NCBI GenBank assembly: GCA_032718475.1
Contig: JAUCBJ010005383.1
Location: 16,300 to 80,299 of the forward strand
DNA from: Nemertoderma westbladi
Taxonomy: Eukaryota > Animalia > Xenacoelomorpha
Direction of reading: 5' to 3'
DNA length: 64,000 nucleotides
Shown here: piece by piece, positions 30,301-42,300 of the stretch
Numbering within the stretch: position 1 is the stretch's first letter
Layout: every line of letters begins with the position of its first letter
Notes under the pieces: model-generated
The model's database searches: none
Told to the model about the DNA's origin: nothing
Seen by the model: the letters and a program-made list of their open reading frames with translations, nothing else
Position numbers and translations under genes: made by a program

Positions 30301-33300
30301 GAGACCACACAACGTGTCATTGTTCCACATAAACTAATGTAAATGTAACAATTAGTCTGTCATTGAGACCACACAACGTGTCATTGTTCCACATAAACTA
30401 AATATTAAGTGAGACACTCCCAGTAAATGTTAATGTAAATGTAACAATTAGTCTGTCATTGAGACCACACAACGTGTCATTGTTCCACATAAACTAATGT
30501 AAATGTAACAATTAGTCTGTCATTGAGACCACACAACGTGTCATTGTTCCACATAAACTAATGTAAATGTAACAATTAGTCTGTCATTGAGACCACACAA
30601 CGTGTCATTGTTCCACATAAACTAAATATTAAGTGAGACACTCCCAGTAAATGTTAATGTAAATGTAACAATTAGTCTGTCATTGAGACAACACAACGTG
30701 TCATTGTTCCACATAAACTAATGTAAATGTAACAATTAGTCTGTCATTGAGACCACACAACGTGTCATTGTTCCACATAAACTAATGTAAATGTAACAAT
30801 TAGTCTGTCATTGAGACCACACAACGTGTCATTGTTCCACATAAACTAATGTAAATGTAACAATTAGTCTGTCATTGAGACCACACAACGTGTCATTGTT
30901 CCACATAAACTAATGTAAATGTAACAATTAGTCTGTCATTGAGACCACACAACGTGTCATTGTTCCACATAAACTAATGTAAATGTAACAATTAGTCTGT
31001 CATTGAGACCACACAACGTGTCATTGTTCCACATAAACTAAATATTAAGTGAGACACTCCCAGTAAATGTTAATGTAAATGTAACAATTAGTCTGTCATT
31101 GAGACCACACAACGTGTCATTGTTCCACATACACTAATGTAAATGTAACAATTAGTCTGTCATTGAGACCACACAACGTATCATTGTTCCACATAAACTA
31201 ATGTAAATGTAACAATTAGTCTGTCATTGAGACCACACAACGTGTCATTGTTCCACATAAACTAATGTAAATGTAACAATTAGTCTGTCATTGAGACCAC
31301 ACAACGTGGCATTGTTCCACATAAACTAATGTAAATGTAACAATTAGTCTGTCATTGAGACCACACAACGTATCATTGTTCCACATAAACTAATGTAAAT
31401 GTAACAATTAGTCTGTCATTGAGACCACACAACGTGGCATTGTTCCACATAAACTAATGTAAATGTAACAATTAGTCTGTCATTGAGACCACACAACGTG
31501 TCATTGTTCCACATAAACTAATGTAAATGTAACAATTAGTCTGTCATTGAGACCACACAACGTGTCATTGTTCCACATAAACTAATGTAGATGTAACAAT
31601 TAGTCTGTCATTGAGACCACACAACGTGTCATTGTTCCACATATACTAATGTAAATGTAACAATTAGTCTGTCATTGAGACCACACAACGTGTCATTGTT
31701 CCACATTAACTAATGTAAATGTAACAATTAGTCTGTCATTGAGACCACACAACGTGTCATTGTTCCACATTAACTAATGTAAATGTAACAATTAGTCTGT
31801 CATTGAGACCACACAACGTGTCATTGTTCCACATAAACTAATTATAAAGAATCAAATTAGAATTCAGACATATATTAAGTGAGACACTCCCCAATTACAT
31901 AGTATTCGATATTCTATTTCATATGTATATATGTGCTAATGATTTCCAAGAGTTAATATAAAGAGATCATGATATTGTGGCATCGTTGATATATAATACA
32001 TATTTACAAACAGTTCATTTAATTTATTTACTTTAATAAATCCAACTTAAAATATAATCACATTAACGGATTAATTTCTAGACTTGACAGGTGCCTTATA
32101 AGCTTGCTTCCAACACAAGGCCAGATCTTTGTTGGTATCACTTAGCTAGAGGGGGTAGTTCTTTAAAATACTTAATTGTTATAATTGTTAAATTTTTAAT
32201 TATTAATTGTGAATAAATAAATGATACTAAAAAATACAAAAAAAAACAATAATACGAGTCTGAAAGAATACAAATCTGTAAAAATTTACAATTTCGTTAA
32301 AAGTTGGTTTACACGTGGCAACTTTTTGAGCAACTTTGTCTGCAACCAGCCACTTTATTAAGAACAACTTAATTTGTTCGCAGTTTAAACGTGGCAACTT
32401 CACAAGCAAGTTTTTGAGCAACTAAGTTAATTTGATGTAAAATAGTGAGTGGTCTCTTTAGTAACTGGGCTATTATTATATTATTGCACAGCCCAGCCAT
32501 TTTACGGCAACTTTATTTTAAAGCAACTTCGTATTTACAAGGAGCAACTTGATCGACCACCTGAGTTACTCTAAAAGTTGCCACGACCGTGTAAACCCGA
32601 TATTGCTTTAGGTACAATGTTGTGAGATTGCTTTACTGTAGATACGGCAAAGCGGCAGCCATTCTGGAACTTATTAAAAGCGTTTCGATCTTTAAACACC
32701 GTTATCTAAACTAATCCTGGATGAATATTTAGTGGGCCAATTAATTAATAATTATTATTCATACATTGTCACAGAGAATGCACAATAAGTACAGATCAAT
32801 GCTTGCCGATATGTCAGATATAACTATAGTTACTACTAATACTACTACTACTACTATAATGGTCGGCATGCTGCAATGCAGCTGCACAAGGGGATGGTAT
32901 GGCTTAACAAAAATACATTTACCGCCGCCATGCTATCCACAATTGACAATGCAGCAAGCATTAAGAATGCTACTCTAAATTCCTCCGTCAGATTCCTCCG
33001 TCAGAACCGTCACAACTCCCTATCTTGCGAGATTATCCGCATCTTCAAGGTCCGTGTCCTTTAAGATGCGTCCCAAGAAAGTGACTTTGCTAAGCTGAAA
33101 ATCAGGTAAAGACTTCGGATACGTAAGGGGAAGACATGGGCAGCATTGAATAGTCCGTCCAGGATTTGGAAGTCCCATAGAATAAAACGGAACCTTAATG
33201 TTGGATTATTTATGGCAGTAGTAGTACCAGTACTTTTATATGGGAGTCAATGCTGGGCTCTAACTGCAGAGGGCTCCAAATCTCTGGATGGCACATTCAC

Positions 33301-36300
33301 AAGAATGCTACGCCGGGTTCATTGTGTCAAGTACAATTAACACATCCCCAATCGGACTCTAAATAACATTGGAGGTGTTCCATTAGTCTCCCCTAGCTTG
33401 ACACTTGAACGGAACCCCATCCGCTTTGCAGGACATTGCTTTCGCCGTGAGGACCAGCCAGTGCATAATCTTGTGCTTTAGCGACCTAATGGTGTGAATA
33501 AGCATGGTGTACAGCAGCCCATGACATTCTTGAGACGCATCTTAAAGGACACTGGCCTTGAAGATGCGGATGATCTAGCAAATGTCATGGGTGATAGGGA
33601 GTGGTGGCGGCGCAATTTTGTCGACAAGCCGGCAAATCATTATTAATATATATGAAATATATATAATGCAGCTGCAATGCGGCATGCCGATAAATAGTAG
33701 TAGAAGTAAATATCGATCTAGACAGAGAGCTCCTGCAGTAAATATTTACGGATATTCTAAAGGGATTACAAATCGAGTTAAACACGTCGCTGAAGATTTA
33801 TACGTTTGGGTTGCCGTTCCAAACTCCCTGTGGATGAGAATTGAACTACGTTCCACGTTTAAGCAGAATATTGACAGATAACACATGGTACAATAAGATA
33901 AGTTCGGTTGCAATAACCAAACGATTAGACAGTTTCTATATATTAGATTGCTTTTGTATTTCACCAGGGAAATGTACGAAAATCTGGTCCGGTTATCAAA
34001 AAAAGATTCGAATATAGACCACAGGAACGACTACACTCCGTTAACTAAGAATATCAACATCAGCCAGCAAATGGCAGCCCGAACTGAAAAAGAAAACCGG
34101 GCACTGTTGAGAAGGTAAGCGGTACAATGGGACAAAGAAAACCGGGCACTGTTGAGAAGGTAAGTGGTACAATGGGACAAAGAAAACCGGGCACTGTTGA
34201 GAAGGTAAGTGGTACAATGGGACAAAGAAAACCGGGCACTGTTGAGAAGGTAAGTGGTACAATGGGACGAAGAAAACCGGGCACTGTTGAGAAGGTAAGT
34301 GGTAAAATGGGACAAAGAAAACCGGGCACTGTTGAGAAGGTAAGTGGTACAATGGGAGAAAGAAAACCGGGCACTGTTGAGAAGGTAAGTGGTACAATGG
34401 GACAAAGAAAACCGGGCACTGTTGAGAAGGTAAGTGGTACAATGGGACAAAGAAAACCGGGCACTGTTGAGAAGGTAAGTGGTACAATGGGACAAAGAAA
34501 ACCGGGCACTGTTGAGAAGGTAAGTGGTAAAATGGGACAAAGAAAACCGGGCACTGTTGAGAAGGTAAGTGGTAAAATGGGACAAAGAAAACCGGGCACT
34601 GTTGAGAAGGTAAGTGGTACAATGGGAGAAAGAAAACCGGGCACTGTTGAGAAGGTAAGTGGTAAAATGGGACAAAGAAAACCGGGCACTGTTGAGAAGG
34701 TAAGTGGTACAATGGGAGAAAGAAAACTGGGCACTGTTGAGAAGGTAAGTGGTAAAATGGGACAAAGAAAACCGGGCACTGTTGAGAAGGTAAGTGGTAA
34801 AATGGGACAAAGAAAACCGGGCACTGTTGAGAAGGTAAGTGGTACAATGGGAGAAAGAAAACCGGGCACTGTTGAGAAGGTAAGTGGTAAAATGGGACAA
34901 AGAAACCGGGCACTGTTGAGAAGGTAAGTGGTACAATGGGAGAAAGAAAACTGGGCACTGTTGAGACGGTAAGTGGTACAATGGGACAAAGAAAACCGGG
35001 CACTGTTTAGAAGGTAAGTGGTACAATGGGACAAAGAAAACCGGGCACTGTTGAGAAGGTAAGTGGTACAATGGGACAAAGAAAACCGGGCACTGTTGAG
35101 AAGGTAAGTGGTAAAATGGGACAAAGGAAACCGGGCAATGTTGAGAAGGTAAGTGGTACAATGTGACAAAGAAAACCGGGCACTGTTTAGAAGGTAAGTG
35201 GTACAATGGGACAAAGAAAACCGGGCACTGTTGAGAAGGTAAGTGGTAAAATGGGACAAAGAAAACCGGGCACTGTTGAGAAGGTAAGTGGTACAATGGG
35301 ACAAAGAAAACCGGGCACTGTTGAGAAGGTAAGTGGTAAAATGGGACAAAGGAAACCGGGCACTGTTGAGAAGGTAAGCGGTACAATGGGACAAAGAAAA
35401 CCGGGCACTTTTGAGAAGGTAAGTGGTACAATGGGACAAAGAAAACCGGGCACTGTTGAGAAGGTAAGTGGTAAAATGGGACAAAGGAAACCGGGCACTG
35501 TTGAGAAGGTAAGCGGTACAATGGGACAAAGAAAATCGGGCACTGTTGAGAAGGTTGTATATAACGTTGTATCACAAACTGACGAACAACTCGTCTAACT
35601 GTAATGTACACTGGTTGTTATGACGAACAACTCGTCTAACTGTAATGTACACTGGTTGTTATGACGAACAACTCGTCGAACTGTAATGTACACTGGTTGT
35701 TATGACGAATAACTCGTCGAACTGTAATGTACACTGGTTGTTATGACGAACAACTCGTCGAACTGTAATGTACACTGGTTGTTATGACGAACTGTAATGT
35801 ACACTGGTTGTTATGACAAACAACTCGTCGAACTGTAATGTACACTGGTTGTTATGACGAACAACTCGTCGAACTGTAATGTACACTGGTTGTTATGACG
35901 AACAACTCGTCGAACTGTAATGTACACTGGTTGTTATGACGAACAACTCGTCGAACTGTAATGTACACTGGTTGTTATGACGAACAACTCGTCGAACTGT
36001 AATGTACACTGGTTGTTATGACGAACAACTCGTCGAACTGTAATGTACACTGGTTGTTATGACGAACTGTAATGTACACTGGTTGTTATGACGAACTGTA
36101 ATGTACACTGGTTGTTATGACGAACTGTAATGTACACTGGTTGTTATGACGAACTGTAATGTACACTGGTTGTTATGACGAACAACTCGTCGAACTGTAA
36201 TGTACACTGGTTGTTATGACGAACAACTCGTCGAACTGTAATGTACACTGGTTGTTATGACGAATAACTCGTCGAACTGTAATGTACACTGGTTGTTATG

Positions 36301-39300
36301 ACGAACAACTCGTCGAACTGTAATGTACACTGGTTGTTATGACGAACAACTCGTCGAACTGTAATGTACACTGGTTGTTATGACGAACAACTCGTCGAAC
36401 TGTAATGTACACTGGTTGTTATGACGAACAACTCGTCGAACTGTAATGTACACTGGTTGTTATGACGAACAACTCGTCGAACTGTAATGTACACTGGTTG
36501 TTATGACGAACAACTCGTCGAACTGTAATGTACACTGGTTGTTATGACGAACTGTAATGTACACTGGTTGTTATGACGAACAACTCGTCGAACTGTAATG
36601 TACACTGGTTGTTATGACGAACAACTCGTCGAACTGTAATGTACACTGGTTGTTATGACGAACAACTCGTCGAACTGTAATGTACACTGGTTGTTATGAC
36701 GAACTGTAATGTACACTGGTTGTTATGACGAACTGTAATGTACACTGGTTGTTATGACGAACAACTCGTCGAACTGTAATGTACACTGGTTGTTATGACG
36801 AACAGCTCGTCGAACTGTAATGTACACTGGTTGCTATGACGAACTGTAATGTACACTGGTTGTTATGACGAACTGTAATGTACACTGGTTGTTATGACAA
36901 ACAACTCGTCGAACTGTAATGTACACTGGTTGTTATGACGAACAACTCGTCGAACTGTAATGTACACTGGTTGTTATGACGAACAACTCGTCGAACTGTA
37001 ATGTACACTGGTTGTTATGACGAACAACTCGTCGAACTGTAATGTACACTGGTTGTTATGACGAACAACTCGTCGAACTGTAATGTACACTGGTTGTTAT
37101 GACGAACAACTCGTCGAACTGTAATGTACACTGGTTGTTATGACGAATAACTCGTCGAACTGTAATGTACACTGGTTGTTATGACGAACAACTCGTCGAA
37201 CTGTAATGTACACTGGTTGTTATGACGAACAACTCGTCGAACTGTAATGTACACTGGTTGTTATGACGAACAACTCGTCGAACTGTAATGTACACTGGTT
37301 GTTATGACGAACAACTCGTCGAACTGTAATGTACACTGGTTGTTATGACGAATAACTCGTCGAACTGTAATGTACACTGGTTGTTATGACGAACAACTCG
37401 TCGAACTGTAATGTACACTGGTTGTTATGACGAACTGTAATGTACACTGGTTGTTATGACAAACAACTCGTCGAACTGTAATGTACACTGGTTGTTATGA
37501 CGAACAACTCGTCGAACTGTAATGTACACTGGTTGTTATGACGAACAACTCGTCGAACTGTAATGTACACTGGTTGTTATGACGAACAACTCGTCGAACT
37601 GTAATGTACACTGGTTGTTATGACGAACAACTCGTCGAACTGTAATGTACACTGGTTGTTATGACGAACAACTCGTCGAACTGTAATGTACACTGGTTGT
37701 TATGACGAACAACTCGTCGAACTGTAATGTACACTGGTTGTTATGACGAACAACTCGTCGAACTGTAATGTACACTGGTTGTTATGACGAATAACTCGTC
37801 GAACTGTAATGTACACTGGTTGTTATGACGAACAACTCGTCGAACTGTAATGTACACTGGTTGTTATGACGAACTGTAATGTACACTGGTTGTTATGACA
37901 AACAACTCGTCGAACTGTAATGTACACTGGTTGTTATGACGAACAACTCGTCGAACTGTAATGTACACTGGTTGTTATGACGAACAACTCGTCGAACTGT
38001 AATGTACACTGGTTGTTATGACGAACAACTCGTCGAACTGTAATGTACACTGGTTGTTATGACGAACAACTCGTCGAACTGTAATGTACACTGGTTGTTA
38101 TGACGAACAACTCGTCGAACTGTAATGTACACTGGTTGTTATGACGAACAACTCGTCGAACTGTAATGTACACTGGTTGTTATGACGAACAACTCGTCGA
38201 ACTGTAATGTACACTGGTTGTTATGACGAACAGCTCGTCGAACTGTAATGTACACTGGTTGTTATGACGAATAACTCGTCGAACTGTAATGTACACTGGT
38301 TGTTATGACGAACAACTCGTCGAACTGTAATGTACACTGGTTGTTATGACGAACAACTCGTCTAACTGTAATGTACACTGGTTGTTATGACGAACAGCTC
38401 GTCGAACTGTAATGTACACTGGTTGTTATGACGAATAACTCGTCGAACTGTAATGTACACTGGTTGTTATGACGAACAACTCGTCGAACTGTAATGTACA
38501 CTGGTTGTTATGACGAACAACTCGTCGAACTGTAATGTACACTGGTTGTTATGACGAACAATTCGTCGAACTGTAATGTTCACTGGTTGTTATGACGAAC
38601 AATTCGTCGAACTGTAATGTACACTGGTTGTTATGACGAACAACTCGTCGAACTGTAATGTACACTGGTTGTTATGACGAACAACTCGTCGAACTGTAAT
38701 GTACACTGGTTGTTATTGTTACAGGCTAATAAATGCAACTCCCATAATAAACAATCAAAAATTGGCAAAGGATTGGGCGAGAAATGAATTAATTATTGAG
38801 GAAAAATGTCGTTTTCCCTGCAACTGGTACGATCTACAGAAAAAAATGAACGAACAAATCAAAGAGCGGAGAAGGGAAAAGAAAATACCGGTATCGGGTT
38901 CTAAGTTGGAAAGCGTCCACAGCCTGGAAAGTGTGAGTATGTACAAGTAAGTATGACAATGTATTAATTAATTACAATTACAATGACAATATATATATAC
39001 ACATATATACAATAATTACAATGACAATTAATTAATCTATCTGTATAAGACAGATAGGGGGGGGGGGGGGGGGGGGAACTGGAATCTCATCACTCTCCAG
39101 GGGAAATTGGATGCAAATAACAGCTGTTTACTCTCAAAAATAAAACTGTAACCTGTTCTATTGTGTTTAGTTTATTGTTTTGGTTAAAATAGCGCGCCAC
39201 TGTAACCTGATCCTTTCCCTAAATTGATAAATTAACATTGAAGCGGGATATTAATTCGCCAAGATTGGATTTGCGTCCAGTTTCCCCCCTGTATCGTATG

Positions 39301-42300
39301 AGTTTAGTATTTAACCAAAATTAGGTTGTGTCAGGTACCTGAATTAAAACAGAATATCCCATCCCAGGACATGGTTACAACGATTTCTCCTGGTGCGTCG
39401 TAGTCCACAATTACAGGGAACTAATTCCGGCAGACCATATATAATTCGTTTTAATTTGCAGACCAAGGTCGCTGTATCACTGTACCTACGGATATAGCGC
39501 ATTGACACGAAAATCACTTAACAGCGCGAAGATAAAACATAACGCCGGCGAAAAAACAAAAACTCGGAAGGAAATTAATAAACATAAAGCAACCCCTCCT
39601 GTGGGGAAGAAGCATGAAGAAACCGAGAGCATTTTAGGTAGAAAACGTCATCCTAGTCGGTTGCGCGAGGGTCAAAACGTCGAACAATCGAATGCGTTTC
39701 CTAATAACCTCACCGCTGTGGAGTCAAGGAGAAGGAGGGACCAATATTCGGGTGGTAAAGGCCCTCCACGTGATTCAACGAGAAGACCACACTCTCAACA
39801 TGTAATTAGCGGGCAAATGCCACGCGATGAAAAGGGCGGGCAAATGTCACGAGATGTGAAGGATGACAAAATGTCACGTGAAGCTAAGGGAAAACGACAC
39901 TCTCATCGTGTATTTAGCAGACCAGTGCCACGTCATGTAAAGAGTGGACAAATGTCCAGTGCTGTAACGGGTACAGTTATATCCCGCGATCCGACATCAA
40001 GGGGACAGATATCTCGTGATGCACAAAGTGGACAGGGACAGGGTTCACGTTACGTAAAAAATGATTTTAACGACCAGTCAGGCCGTGCAGCAAGGTGCTC
40101 ACGTGATGTAGCAAGGTGCTCACGTGATATAGAGAGTGACAATGCAAGGTGCTCACGTGATGTAGAGAGTGACAATGCAAGGTGCTCACGTGATGTAGAG
40201 AGTGACAAAGGCGAAAGAAATGTAAGAATGTCATCGCTGTCACCCATTAATTATGACAAACCGTGGATATCAATAGAAACAATATCACCAGTAATCTTTT
40301 CCGATGCAGAGACAACTTTAGATGAAGAGGATATAGAAGGGGACAATGAAGGTTAAACATATTTATTTTGGTTTTAAACTGATAGGTGAAAACATATTAT
40401 AACTAAACTATATAAGGTATAATCAGAATATATGATCGTAAATAGAATTTCTGAAACGACTTGTAAGTTTAACAATGATTGTATGTATGTATGTATGTAT
40501 TTATTTACTAGATTTTGACAACATAATTATCAACATGGGTTGATGATAGATAAATAACTTACTAGTATGTGAGGCGAGTCAAAAATTATAATACGGCCTT
40601 TTTCTAAAAGTGGGTGTAGGTGTGTGTGTGTCAGTGTGTCGGAAGCCCTAATTGTGAAGACAAGAATTAACTGCCTGTTCCTTGAACACAGAGTCCTTTC
40701 TAGTAGCCAATAAACGCAGAGTATTTCTAGCTTTACTAGTCGTCAGAGGCAACGTGCCACTTCCCTCGCTTTCCCTTGCAAAACACTGTTGCGCAGCGCC
40801 ACTTGGTGGTCTCCACAGTACTTCATATAGCGCGCCACTTGGTGGTCTCCACGGTACTTCATATAGCGCGCCACTTGGTGGTCTCCACGGTACTTCATAT
40901 AGCGCGCCACTTGGTGGTCTCCACGGTACTTCATATAGCGCGCCACTTGGTGGTCTCCACGGTACTTCATATAGCGCGCCACTTGGTGGTCTCCACAGTA
41001 CTTCATATAGCGCGCCACTTGGTGGTCTCCACGGTACTTCATATAGCGCGCCACTTGGTGGTCTCCACAGTACTTCATATAGCGCGCCACTTGGTGGTCT
41101 CCACGGTACTTCATATAGCGCGCCACTTGGTGGTCTCCACGGTACTTCATATAGCGCGCCACTTGGTGGTCTCCACAGTACTTCATATAGCGCGCCACTT
41201 GGTGGTCTCCACGGTACTTCATATAGCGCGCCACTTGGTGGTCTCCACAGTACTTCATATAGCGCGCCACTTGGTGGTCTCCACGGTACTTCATATAGCG
41301 CGCCACTTGGTGGTCTCCACAGTACTTCATATAGCGCGCCACTTGGTGGTCTCCACGGTACTTCGTATAGAGCGCCACTTGGTGGTCTCCACAGTACTTC
41401 ATATAGCGCGCCACTTGGTGGTCTCCACAGTACTTCATATCGCGCGCCATTTGGTGGTCTCCACGGTACTTCGTATAGAGCGCCACTTGGTGGTCTCCAC
41501 GGTACTTCGTATAGCGCGCCACTTGGTGGTCTCCACGGTACTTCGTATAGAGCGCCACTTGGTGGTCTCCACAGTACTTCATATAGCGCGCCACTTGGTG
41601 GTCTCCACAGTACTTCATATCGCGCGCCACTTGGTGGTCTCCACGGTACTTCATATAGCGCGCCACTTGGTGGTCTCCACAGTACTTCATATAGAGCGCC
41701 ACTTGGTGGTCTCCACGGTACTTCGTATAGCGCGCCACTTGGTGGTCTCCACGGTACTTCGTATAGAGCGCCACTTGGTGGTCTCCACAGTACTTCATAT
41801 AGCGCGCCACTTGGTGGTCTCCACAGTACTTCATATAGCGCGCCACTTGGAGGTCTCCACGGTACTTCATATAGCGCGCCACTTGGAGGTCTCCACAGTA
41901 CTTCATATAGCGCGCCACTTGGAGGTCTCCACAGTACTTCATATAGCGCGCCACTTGGTGGTCTCCACGGTACTTCATATAGCGCGCCACTTGGTGGTCT
42001 CCACGGTACTTCGTATAGCGCGCCACTTGGTGGTCTCCAAAGTACTTCATATAGCGCGCCACTTGGTGGTCTCCACGGTACTTCATATCGCGCGCCACTT
42101 GGTGGTCTCCACAGTACTTCATATAGCGCGCCACTTGGAGGTCTCCACGGTACTTCATATAGCGCGCCACTTGGTGGTCTCCACGGTGCTTCATATAGCG
42201 CGCCACTTGGTGGTCTCCACGGTACTTCGTATAGCGCGCCACTTGGTGGTCTCCACGGTACTTCGTATAGCGCGCCACTTGGTGGTCTCCCTTGAATGTT

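Noticed and set aside
28027-31842. CRISPR-like appearance of 33-64-bp repeat arrays
   Set aside because: There are no unique spacers (the interruptions are identical to one another), no cas genes, and the context is eukaryotic and intronic.
34031-35611. CPVFFVPLYHLPSQQ and MGQRKPGTVEKVSG repeat ORFs
   Set aside because: These are off-frame or antisense translations of the 45-bp donor array; the true exon frame has TAA in each unit.
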